Positions 1 through 11,969 of a stretch of DNA of 64,000 nt are shown one piece after another. The stretch lies in assembly GCA_002269645.1 (NCBI GenBank), contig NIVC01000035.1:620001-684000 (forward strand), given 5' to 3'. Numbering within the stretch: the first letter of the stretch is position 1; each line of letters begins with the position of its first letter. Under the pieces are notes generated by a model. That model did not search any database and was not told the origin of the DNA. It was given only the letters and a program-made list of their open reading frames with translations. Origin of the DNA: Macrostomum lignano. Lineage: Eukaryota. The translations under genes and the position numbers were made by a program.

Positions 1-513
1 ATCGCAGCAATCATTTTTTAGTTCGACAGCTGACTTCGCGGGGAAAAATTCGCCTTTTATAAGAAAGTACATCTGAACTTTCTTTAGAAATGCTTGACAA
101 AAATCCATTCACAAGGATTAACTGGGGAAAGGCAAGAAAAGGCTTCCTTAAAAGCATTGGAAATCTGTGTAGTCAAATCCCTTTTATAATTTTGGCTATC
201 TGAAAAATTCCTTGTTCAGTAGAGGGAAAGAGACCGGATTAAGGAAACCGCCCAGTGTCTGCTACTCGGGGGGGGGGGCGTTCCCTAACAGCAGATTCAA
301 TATTGAATAACTGCGTGCAGCAGATGTGTTTGATCTTGTAGCAGCCAGTTGCTGGAGACCTATTCTATAAGTTATACTGCATGCGATCGTGTAGGGCTTC
401 TTCTTACATGTGAAACGTGTGTTTCCTATTGAATTTCCAGCTGCTTTTCTCCGGTAACCTTCCTATAAAAAGTTATCACGCAATTAGAGCTTCTCATAAT
501 TGAAAGCCTGCCG

Positions 514-3500
514 ATGGAGTTACTATGGCTTCTGGTTGCCAGCTTGATGCTGCTTGCCAGCGCTGCCCATGCCGCGCCGGCGCTGCCCTCGGCTGCCAAA
601 GCAAAGTGCGGAGTGGCCGATCTGAAGCTGGGCGCCACCCTGGATCCAGGGGCTACGGAGACTCGCGGCGCTTCTGTCAAGTACATCAAATCTATTGTGG
701 TTGCTGGCGCTAACAAGAAGCTGGCCTGCGCCCAGGCCTGCTGTGATGAAGGTTGGTTGCTATGCTGCTCTTGTTGGCTGTTTAGGGGGTTGAGTATGAG
801 AGGCGCCAAACTGAATGAGAGGTGCTAGGTTGAGTATAGTAGGCGCCAAACTGAGTGTAAGAGGCGCCAGTTTGAGTATGAGATGCGCCAAAATAAGCAT
901 GAGAGGCGCAAGGTTGCACAGGAGAGGCGCCAAGTTAAGTAAGAGAGGCACCAGGTTAAGCATAAGGGGCGCCAAAGTGAGTTTGAGAGGCGCCAAACTG
1001 AGATTGAGGGACGATAATTTGAGTGTTAGAAGCGCCATAGTGAGTGAGAAGCGCCAAATTGAGTATGAGAGGCGCCAAATTGAGATTGAGAGGCGCCAAA
1101 TTGAGTGTGAAAGGCGCAAAATTGAGTGTGAGAGACGCCAAATTGAGTATTAGAGGCGCCATATTAAATGTGAGAGGCGCGATACTGAGTATGAGAGGCG
1201 CCAAGGAATGTGTGAGAGGCGCCATACTGAAATTTTGAAATAGTTTCAGAAGCGTTAAATTGACTCCGTATTCCGTTACCATCTCGGCAATACTTAAGCT
1301 TGAGTCTGCAGTCATACTATTGGAGCACCCTTACTAGCATTATAAATCTGAGCAGATAGTTACCAAGTAATGGTCGAGTCTTACCGTGGTATTTCTGCCT
1401 CAATCTAGCAGTCAGCTCCTGTTCACTCCTGTGTGTACTGCATATACGTAAATCTAGTTTGTGAGCTAATCCTCTCGTCAGAGCGAGTCTCCCTAAGTGC
1501 TATTAGACTGATGTAGTCTCATTTACTTTGTGCCTTATATAAATTTGCTTACAGTAAGTGTAGTCACTGCCTACCTTAAAAAAGTAGTATTGTTTGCACT
1601 TTGATTATTATTATAGATGACTGCTGTGTACTTTTCTTTTGGGAGGACTTGCTTTATAAAGGACTTAAATAAATAATTTGTCTAAATTTAACTTTTTAAA
1701 AATAACCAGAAATATTTTTTAGAAAGGCAATAACCTTATAGGCAATAACCAATAAAGGCAATAAGGTTGAGATGACCTGAGGGATCTCCTAGAAAATTCA
1801 ATAACCTAAAGTTTCAGGTTGAGATGACCTGAGGGATTTCCTAGAGTAGGCAATAACCTGAAGCTTCAGATAGAGATGACCTGAGGGATTTCCTAGAGTA
1901 GGCAATAACCTGAAGCTTCAGATTGAGATGACCTGAGGGATTTCGTAGAAAAAAGCATAACCTGAAGCTTCAGATAGAGATGACCTGAGGGATTTCCTAG
2001 AAAAAGCATAACCTGAAGCTTCAGATAGAGATGACCTGAGGGATTTCCTAGAAAAAGCATAACCTGAAGCTTCAGATTGAGGTGACCTGAGGGATTTCCT
2101 AGAAAAAGCATAACCTGAAGCTTCAGATAGAGATGACCTGAGGGATTTCCTAGAAAAAGCATAACCTGAAGCTTCAGATCGAGATGACCTGAGGGATTTC
2201 CTAGAAAAGCGTAACCTGAAGCTTCAGATAGAGATGACCTGAGGGATTTCCTAGAAAAAGCATAACCTGAAGCTTCAGATTGAGGTGACCTGAGGGATTT
2301 CCTAGAAAAAGCATAACCTGAAGCTTCAGATCGAGATGACCTGAGGGATTTCCTAGAGTAGGCAATAACCTGAAGCTTCAGATAGAGATGACCTGAGGGA
2401 TTTCGTAGAAAAAAGCATAACCTGAAGCTTCAGATAGAGACGACCTGAGGGATTTCCTAGAAAAAGCATAACCTGAAGCTTCAGATAGAGATGACCTGAG
2501 GGATTTCGTAGAAAAAAGCATAACCTGAAGCTTCAGATAGAGATGACCTGAGGGATTTCGTAGAAAAAAGCATAACCTGAAGCTTCAGATAGAGACGACC
2601 TGAGGGATTTCCTAGAAAAAGCATAACCTGAAGCTTCAGATTGAGGTGACCTGAGGGATTTCCTAGAAAAAGCATAACCTGAAGCTTCAGGTTGAGATGA
2701 CCTGAGGGATTTCCTAGAAAAAGCATAACCTGAAGCTTCAGGTTGAGGTGACCTGAGGGATTTCCTAGAAAAAGCATAACCTGAAGCTTCAGATCGAGAT
2801 GACCTGAGGGATTTCCTAGAGTAGGCAATAACCTGAAGCTTCAGATAGAGATGACCTGAGGGATTTCGTAGAAAAAAGCATAACCTGAAGCTTCAGATAG
2901 AGACGACCTGAGGGATTTCCTAGAAAAAGCATAACCTGAAGCTTCAGATAGAGATGACCTGAGGGATTTCGTAGAAAAAAGCATAACCTGAAGCTTCAGA
3001 TAGAGATGACCTGAGGGATTTCGTAGAAAAAAGCATAACCTGAAGCTTCAGATAGAGACGACCTGAGGGATTTCCTAGAAAAAGCATAACCTGAAGCTTC
3101 AGATTGAGGTGACCTGAGGGATTTCCTAGAAAAAGCATAACCTGAAGCTTCAGGTTAAGATGACCTGAGGGATTTCCTAGAAAAAGCATAACCTGAAGCT
3201 TCAGGTTGAGATGACCTGAGGGATTTCCTAGAAAAAGCATAACCTGAAGCTTCAGATTGAGATGACCTGAGGGATTTCCTAGAAAAAGCATAACCTGAAG
3301 CTTCAGATTGAGGTGACCTGAGGGATTTCCTAGAAAAAGCATAACCTGAAGCTTCAGATTGAGATGACCTGAGGGATTTCCTAGAAAAAGCATAACCTGA
3401 AGCTTCAGGTTGAGATGACCTGAGGGATTTCCTAGAAAAAGCATAACCTGAAGCTTCAGATAGAGATGACCTGAGGGATTTCCTAGAAAAAGCATAACCT

Positions 3501-3918
3501 GAAGCTTCAGGTTGAAATGACCTGAGGGATTTCCTAGAAAAAGCATAACCTGAAGCTTTAATTCTAATGCGACCTAAAACACTCTGAAGCATGTGCAATC
3601 AGATCCTAAAGCACTATTATTTAATAGCTGCCTTAAACCCCTTGCCTGAAGCGATGTCTCTAATAAAATGCGACTTCTCAAAACCGCTCCCGCAGCCGAG
3701 TGCGAACTGGCCATCTACGAGTTGGTGCAGGCTGAGAAATCCGGCACCACTGACGGAGCCTACAGCCCCAACAACTGCTTCCTGCTCTCCTGCCAGCCCT
3801 TTGCCCAGTGCGTCTTCAAGAACACGTCCGATATGAACGCCTTGGCCATTGTTACTAGGCGGGCGATTAAGAACGAGGGTGAGTGGACTGCAGTGGGGAG
3901 GGCCGGGTCTGATGGATG

Positions 3919-3968
<50 letters not shown>

Positions 3969-3969
3969 T

Positions 3970-4034
<65 letters not shown>

Positions 4035-4049
4035 GCCAAACAGACAGAT

Positions 4050-4081
<32 letters not shown>

Positions 4082-4083
4082 AA

Positions 4084-4156
<73 letters not shown>

Positions 4157-4215
4157 TAGACAGACAGACAGACAAATAGACAGACACACAGACAGACAGA
4201 CAGACAGACAGATAC

Positions 4216-4278
<63 letters not shown>

Positions 4279-7146
4279 GTCAGTCAGACGAAATGTGGCA
4301 ATTATCTAGTAATTAATTACGATAACAAATCATTTTTCTTTTCGACATGCTTCATTCCTTATTTATCTCGCCCACCTGCTTTGAAACAGATTTAATTAAT
4401 TAGCATTTTTGTGCCTTCCAACTCAATTTTTTGCCAGCGATTTCGATCAGCACAGAAAGGCCATCGGAAATGGGCCTGCCAATTAGTGTTAGGAGTGTTG
4501 ATGGTGAATCTGCCGTCAGCCAGAGTGCTAGCACTGCCGCTAGCTCTCCAACTAGCACCACCCTTAGCCCTCCAGCTAGCACTACCATTAGCTCTCCAGC
4601 TAGCACCGCCCTTAGCCCTCCAGCTAGCACTACCCTTAGCCCTCCAGCTAGCACTACCCTTAGCCCTCCAGCTAGCACCACCCTTAGCTCTCCAGCTAGC
4701 ACCACCCTTAGCCCTCCAGCTAGCACCACCCTTAGCTCTCCAGCTAGCACTACCGTTAGCCCTCCAGCTAGCACTACCCTTAGCCCTCCAGCTAGCACCA
4801 CCCTTAGCTCTCCAGCTAGCACCGCCCTTAGCCCTCCAGCTAGCACTACCCTTAGCCCTCCTGCTAGCACTACCGTTAGCCCTCCAGCTAGCACTCCCAT
4901 TAGCCCTCCAGCTAGCACTACCGTTAGCCCTCCAGCTAGCAGTACCGTTAGCCCTCCAGCTAGCACTACCGTTAGCCCTCCAGCTAGCACTACCGTTAGC
5001 CCTCCAGCTAGCACTACCCTTAGCCCTCCAGCTAGCACTACCGTTAGCCCTCCAGCTAGCACTACCGTTAGCCCTCCAGCTAGCACTCCCATTAGCCTTC
5101 CAGCTAGCACTACCGTTAGCCCTCCAGCTAGCACCACCCTTAGCCCTCCAGCTAGCACTACCCTTAGCCCTCCAGCTAGCACTGCAGGCGCAGATTCAAA
5201 GCCACATCAGCAGGAGAGTGCATCAACATCAGTAATCACTGAGCACCCAGGAGCCTACGAGGCTTCAATGTCTCAGGCTCACAATGGTAAAGCTATCGTT
5301 TTTGTTAACACAATAAATTATCCTAGTTGCAATGCATCACAATAACTATTTAGTTAATTGGTTTGACATTAAAGCAAACTCATTATGATTGAAAGCTAAT
5401 TTGATAGTATATTATATAAGTATTTCATTATTTAAGTTTGGTTCATTGAAGTCCAGCGTATTCCATGATCGCAAACCAAATTTTTTATACCCAAATTATA
5501 TTTTTTCTGACTGTTTATCGAAGACTATTAGCATGATAACAAAGGAATTTTAACCCTGTAAATGCAATAATTTTTAGTTAAGATTGTGACGGTGATTGAG
5601 ATTGAAATTATTTATGAACTTTTGACTTTTTTAGACAATTTTTGCTGTCCCACCGTAATTTTAATGAATTATAAATTCACTACCTGCTTCTCTACTTGTG
5701 AGTAGTCACTGGGGTTTTGTTTTCAGTGTCCTTAAGCGACCTTGATACCCCTACGTGTCCTTAAGTTACCCCGATACCCCTGTGTCCTTAAGTGACCCCG
5801 ATACCTCTACGTGTCCTTTAGCGACCCCGATAACCCCTACGTGTCCTTAAGTTACCCCGATACCCCTGTGTCCTTAAGTGCCCCCGATACCCCTGTGTCC
5901 TTAAGTTACCCCGATACCCCTGTGTCCTTAAGTTACCCCGATACCCCTGTGTCCTTAAGTGCCCACGATACCCCTGTGTCCTTAAGTGACTCCGATTCCT
6001 CTACGTGTCCTTAAGTGCCCACGATACCCCTGTGTCCTTAAGTGACTCCGATTCCTCTACGTGTCCTTAAGTGACCCCGATACCCCATGTGTCCTTAAGT
6101 TACCCCGATACCCCTGTGTCCTTAAGTGACCCCGATACCTCTACGTGTCCTTTAGCGACCCCGATAACCCCTACGTGTCCTTAAGTTACCCCGATACCCC
6201 TGTGTCCTTAAGTGCCCCCGATACCCCTGTGTCCTTAAGTTACCCCGATACCCCTGTGTCCTTAAGTTACCCCGATACCCCTGTGTCCTTAAGTGCCCAC
6301 GATACCCCTGTGTCCTTAAGTGACTCCGATTCCTCTACGTGTCCTTAAGTGCCCACGATACCCCTGTGTCCTTAAGTGACTCCGATTCCTCTACGTGTCC
6401 TTAAGTGACCCCGATACCCCATGTGTCCTTAAGTTACCCCGATACCCCTGTGTCCTTAAGTGACCCGATACCCCTGTGTCCTTAAGTGCCCCCGATACCT
6501 CTACGTGTCCTTAAGCGACCCCGATACCCCTGTGTCCTTAAGTGCCCCGATACCCCTGTGTCCTTAAGTTACCCCGATACCCCTGTGTCCTTAAGTGCCC
6601 CCGATACCCCTGTGTCCTTAAGTGACCCCGATACCCCTGTGTCCTTGAGTGCTCCCGAATGTCCATACGTGTCTTTAGATGACCCTTATAACCCTCCGTG
6701 CCCTAAAGTGACCCGGCCAATCTATTTAACCCCCGTACACGCTGCAGTATTTCTGTGCATCTTGTCAGTGTTGGCAACTAGCCTACTTTCAGTAGTATAA
6801 TGCAGAAAAATGACGTTTACTTTTTCATCATTTAACTTATTCAACAGACGAAGAATCCGCCTCGAAACAATCTCAGTCTGGCGCGACTCGCCCAACACCG
6901 TCAGCTGTGGCGGCTGCGGGCAAGTCGCCATCCGCTGTCGGCGTGGCGGCCGCTGAGGACGTCAGCGTCAGCTTCATGCCAGCGGGTCGCACAGTGGGTG
7001 GCCTGGCAGCCGCTCTGGTATTCGGCTGCGCCTTCACCTTGGTGGTGGCCGCGCTCTCCTGTCGGGTGCTGTGCGAAGCTTGGAGCCGGCGGCACTACAG
7101 CAAACTGCGTTACCTTGACAACGGGGGCGCAAGTAGCGGGTTCTAA
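514..7146 (+). CDS. MANSC-domain, mucin-stalk type I membrane protein (MANSC1-like); exons 514-751, 3696-3878, 4438-5286, 6848-7146 (522 aa)
   Basis: Signal peptide [20 protein letters not shown]. Joined exons 1-2 give C-x3-CC-x3-CELAIYE...NCFLLSC...CVF, matching the MANSC Cys pattern. Exon 3 is an S/T/P-rich PPASTTLS repeat. Exon 4 has a TM helix then [13 protein letters not shown], resembling the MANSC1 tail RKRYSRLDYLING. All three introns are GT-AG, phase 1; total 1569 nt; AATAAA overlaps the stop (7145-7150). Confidence 0.85.
790..1225. repeat. Degenerate ~21-bp tandem repeat (GAGAGGCGCCAAATTGAGTRT), MANSC intron 1
   Basis: Direct inspection. Confidence 0.85.
1760..3556. repeat. 51-bp minisatellite (~35 copies) containing the palindrome CTGAAGCTTCAG, MANSC intron 1
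   Basis: 17-aa periodicity in the ORF track; direct inspection. Confidence 0.95.
3917..4280. repeat. (GACA)n microsatellite, MANSC intron 2
   Basis: Direct inspection. Confidence 0.97.
4530..5180 (+). repeat. Coding 24-bp VNTR (PPASTTL/VS) forming the mucin stalk
   Basis: In frame within exon 3, no frameshifts. Confidence 0.9.
5727..6700. repeat. 27/29-bp minisatellite (GTGTCCTTAAGTGACCCCGATACCCCT) with a 334-bp higher-order duplication, MANSC intron 3
   Basis: Identical ORFs at 5811 and 6145. Confidence 0.93.
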
Positions 7147-7304
7147 TAAAAACTTTTGCTCTTATTGATTAACTCCTAAAAGAAATTTCCTTCAGCTATG
7201 CGTCTTTTCGATACATGTCGGGACATCGAATAAAATTTAAATCAACAGAGTAATTTTATTGATAGGATTCTTTCGAGATACATGGTGGGTAATAAACAAG
7301 ATGT

Positions 7305-8035
7305 AGCTGTATGAAAGTTGTTTTCGATACATATCGGGTAATCGACAAACTTTTGGGTTGTATTTCAAAATTACTTTTCGATACATATCGGGTAATAGAC
7401 AAACTTTTGGGTTGTATTTCAAAATTAGTTTTCGATACATATCGGGTAATAGACAAACTTTTGGGTTGTATTTCAAAATTAGTTTTCGATACATATCGGG
7501 TAATAGACAAACTTTTGGTTTGTATTTCAGAATTAGTTTTCGATACATATCGGGTAATAGACAAACTTTTGGGTTGTATTTCAAAATTAGTTTTCGATAC
7601 ATATCGGGTAATAGACAAACTTTTGGGTTGTATTTCAAAATTAGTTTTCGATACATATCGGGTAATAGACAAACTTTTGGGTTGTATTTCAAAATTAGTT
7701 TTCGATACATATCGGGTAATAGACAAACTTTTGGGTTGTATTTCAAAATTGTTTTCGATACATATCGGGTAATAGACAAACTTTTGGATTGTATTTCAAA
7801 ATTAGTTTTCGATACATATCGGGTAATAGACAAACTTTTAAGTTGTATTTCAAAATTAGTTTTCGATACATATCGGGTAATGGACAAACTTTTGGGTTGT
7901 ATTTCAAAATTAGTTTTCGATACATATCGGGAAATAGACAAACTTTTGGTTTGTATTTCAGAATTAGTTTTCGATACATATCGGGTAATTCCAAACTTTT
8001 GGATTGTATGTGAAAATAAGTTTTCGATACATTAT
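7305..8035. repeat. 54-bp minisatellite
   Basis: 18-aa periodicity in the ORF track. Confidence 0.95.
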
Positions 8036-8611
8036 CAGGTGATAAAAATAAATTAGCCGTTAGTCCCATATTGAACTGTTTATTAACGAAAACTCTAATA
8101 AAAACATTTGGTCTAGTTTAATAAAGTACTCTTATTCATTAACATACATTTTATACATGCTTTCCTCGATTGTTTTCAATGGTATTGTCATGCTATTTGG
8201 TTGCCGGCTTATTCAGTCTATCGGTCTTGCCTTGAATATTGCATAAAAGCCTTAATTACATATTTATTGTTGTATTACATGTTTAATGCAATTTTGCTTC
8301 ACATACTACTTGCAAGTATTTACTTTACCTGAGTAATATTGTCTTCCAGTCTGTTTACGCACTCTATTTTGTTGTATGCGTGTTTTTTGTGATTCTAAAG
8401 TAGAAAATTTCTTGCTTTTTAATATTGAAATGAAGAATTGAATTCCTTAAAGAACTGAAGATCTATTGGCTGAGCTTGTTGGTTTTCTGTGATCCCTGAT
8501 TTTTTCTTTAGAAGCTTACATGATCGTATATTTCGCGTGTTGAATCTTGTATTGAGTCTGATGTGAAAGCCTGCAATTTGAGATTTCAACCCTGAATCTG
8601 TGGATTTCTTC

Positions 8612-9208
8612 AGACCTCAGGCCTTCAGGTTAACATTCAGGCCTTCAGGTTAGCATTCAGGCCTTCAGGTTAACATTCAGACATTCAGGTTAACATTTAA
8701 GTCTTCAGGTTAGCATTCAGGCCTTCAGGTTAACATTCAAGTCTTCAGGTTAACATTCAGACCTTCAGGTTAACATTCAGGCCTTCAGGTTAACATTCAG
8801 GCATTCAGGTTAACATTCAGACCTTCAGGTTAACATTCAGGCCTTCAGGTTAACATTCAGGCATTCAGGTTAACATTCAGACCTTCAGGTTAACATTCAG
8901 GCCTTCAGGTTAACATTCAGGCATTCAGGTTAACATTCAAGTCTTCAGGTTAACATTCAGATCTTCAGGTTAACATTCAGACCTTCAGGTTAACATTCAG
9001 GCATTCAGGTTAACATTCAAATCTTCAGGTTAACATTCAGACCTTCAGGTTAACATTCAGGCATTCAGGTTAACATTCAAGTCTTCAGGTTAACATTCAG
9101 ACCTTCAGGTTAACATTCAGGCATTCAGGTTAACATTCAAGTCTTCAGGTTAACATTCAGACCTTCAGGTTAACATTCAGACCTTCAGGTTAACATTCAG
9201 ACATTCAG
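8612..9208. repeat. 20-bp minisatellite (TTCAGGTTAACATTCAGRYC)
   Basis: Direct inspection. Confidence 0.95.
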
Positions 9209-9619
9209 CATCTCATTCAGAGCCTTTATTCTGAAAATGTCCAATTCTCATCTGCTTGCCAACCTACCGATTATAAAGAACCAGATTTCATCAATTTGAT
9301 GCAATAATACGTATATTCTGTGCAATTGTTTGTATACAAAATTGTAATTATTGCAATCTTTCTTCTGCACGTTCTGGTGGTGACAGGTTTCTAAGTCTAA
9401 AAGTTCTTGTGCCGCAATAATATATTACTTTTTCTTTGTGTTTTTTTACAGAAGGCTAAACAGCAAACTGATGATGATGGAACCATAATAAATTTATATT
9501 GTGTTTTGTTTATTAATTTTTGTCACAAATTTCTTATTTTTGATGCCAAAGGGGCTTAAAATCTTACTTTTTCTGTGCTTAATGTTGCTTTTATTTATTA
9601 ATTTTCGTGTTAATAAGTT

Positions 9620-10980
9620 TGGAGTTTGTGAATATTCGGCAATGTGAAGCTTCTGAAGTTGTGAATGTTCGGCAATGTGAAGCTTCTAGAGTTGTGAATG
9701 TTCGGCAATGTGAAGCTTCTAGAGTTGTGAATGTTTGGCAATGTGAAGCTTCTAGAGTTGTGAATGTTTGGCAATGTGAAGCTTCTGGAGTTTTTGAATG
9801 TTCGGCAATGTGAAGCTTCTGGAGTTTGTGAATGTTCGGCAATGTGAAGTTTCTGGAGTTGTGAATATTCGGCAATGTGAAACTTCTAAGTTGTGAATGT
9901 TCGGCAATGTGAAGCTTCTGGGGTTGTGAATGTTTGGCAATGTGAAGCTTCTTGGAGTTTGTGAATGTTCGGCAATGTGAAGCTTCTGGAGTTTGTGAAT
10001 GCTCGGCAATGTGAAGCTTCTAGAGTTTGTGAATGTTCGGAAATGTGAAGCTTCTGGAGTTTGTGAATGCTCGGCAATGTGAAGCTTCTAGAGTTGTGAA
10101 TGTTCGGAAATGTGAAGCTTCTGGAGTTGTGAATGTTTGGCAATGTGAAGCTTCTTGGAGTTTGTGAATGTTCGGCAATGTGAAGCTTCTGGAGTTTGTG
10201 AATGCTCGGCAATGTGAAGCTTCTAGAGTTTGTGAATGTTCGGAAATGTGAAGCTTCTAGAGTTTGTGAATGTTCGGAAATGTGAAGCTTCTGGAGTTTG
10301 TGAATGCTCGGCAATGTGAAGCTTCTAGAGTTGTGAATGTTCGGAAATGTGAAGCTTCTGGAGTTGTGAATGCTTGGCAATGTGAAGCTTCTGTAGTTGT
10401 GAATGTTCGGCAATGTGAAGCTTCTGGAGTTTGTGAATGTTCGGCAATGTGAAGCTTCTGGAGTTTGTGAATGCTTGGCAATGTAAAGCTTCTGGAGTTG
10501 TGAATGCTCGGCAATGTGAAGCTTCTGGAGTTGTGAATGTTCGGCAATGTGAAGCTTCTAGAGTTGTGAATGTTTGGCAATGTGAAGCTTCTAGAGTTGT
10601 GAATGTTCGGCAATGTGAAGCTTCTGGAGTTTGTGAATGTTCGGCAATGTGAAGCTTCTGGAGTTTGTGAATGCTTGGCAATGTGAAGCTTCTGGAGTTT
10701 GTGAATGCTTGGCAATGTAAAGCTTCTGGAGTTGTGAATGCTCGGCAATGTGAAGCTTCTGGAGTTTGTGAATGTTCGGCAATGTGAAGCTTCTGGAGTT
10801 TGTGAATGTTCGGCAATGTGAAGCTTTCGGAGTTTGTGAATTTTCGGCCGTGTGAAGCTTTTGGGGTTTGTGAATGTTTGGCAATTTGAAGCTTTTATTT
10901 AGAGCTGTGAATTATTTAGAGTTGTGAATGTTCGGAAGTGTGACACTTTTAGAGTTGTGAATTTTCGGCAAAGTGAAGCT
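9620..10980. repeat. 30/31-bp minisatellite (GAGTTTGTGAATGTTCGGCAATGTGAAGCTTCTG)
   Basis: Direct inspection. Confidence 0.95.
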
Positions 10981-11222
10981 GGCTGAATATCCGCTAATCA
11001 CAGAGCCGCTATTCTAAAGGCAGCCCGCAAAAGAAATATGTCCGTGCAGCTTTTGGCAAACTGTCTTGCACAATCAACTGACATCTGCAGCAGCCATGTC
11101 AGCCAATCCAACAGTGAGAGCCAGTTGTATAAATATTAACTCAAATAAGAATGGCCAGTTTAAGGCACAAGCGACCGCACGTGATTACAAAACTGGTTTC
11201 TGAAGAAATTTCAACCCCGTTC

Positions 11223-11969
11223 GTTGCCTATGGCAACCAAAGCTAGCCTGCCAGATCCGGACTCGTTTCTGCAACACCGTAGAAAGCAAAGCAAGTCTTC
11301 AACAGCAGCAACAACAAACCTTTCGAAGCAAAATCAGCAGCAGATCACTGCAGAGTCCGCCAGCTCCGATGCGCAGTCGGTGCAGATCAAACAGATGCCG
11401 CCAGGTGACAATATTCGGCAGGCGTTTCCCGATCCGGAGCAGCTGATGCTGGCAAGGCGGAGCGAAAAAGATGAAGCCAATAAAAGACAGACTCCTGTTC
11501 CTACCACTACCGCTGTAGGTGGCACAGCAGGTGTTACAAAGACTGATAGCAATAATGTTACCGCTTTAAAAGAGGAGAGGGAGCGTCTGAAGCGAGAGCT
11601 GCTGAGTCAGGTTACGTCATCGTCTGCCAGTAGGCCAGCAGTTGCCATAGAAACTAACAACGGTATTTCATCTAGACCTCCGGTTGTCATGGAGACGAAG
11701 ACGTCGTCAGCAACTCCTCAATCGCCGGTTGTCATGGAGACGAAGACATCGTCAAAAACGCCTCAATCGCCGGTTGTCATGGAGACCAAGACATCGTCAA
11801 CAACGCCTCGATCGCCGGTTGTCATGGAGACGACAACTTCATCAACCCCACCGAGACTTCCAGCTGCCTTGGAGACTAAATCATCAGCTTCATCGCGACC
11901 TTTGGTTTCTATGGTAACGGAAAATCGATCAACAAAACCGATCGCGCGACCTATCGTTACCATGGAAAC
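11223..11969. promoter_or_regulatory. Cluster of RFX X-box-like palindromes: 11223-11237, 11641-11654, 11683-11696, 11728-11741, 11773-11786, 11818-11831, 11863-11876 (degenerate), 11905-11918, 11956-11969
   Basis: GTTGCCTATGGCAAC, GTTGCCATAGAAAC, 4x GTTGTCATGGAGAC, GCTGCCTTGGAGAC, GTTTCTATGGTAAC, GTTACCATGGAAAC. Motif match only. Confidence 0.55.

Noticed and set aside
8150-9420. Minus-strand coding-like stretches with in-frame stops around the 20-bp array (similar at 41100-42100)
   Set aside because: Multiple stops and no recognisable domain. They may be decayed transposon DNA but cannot be supported without a search.
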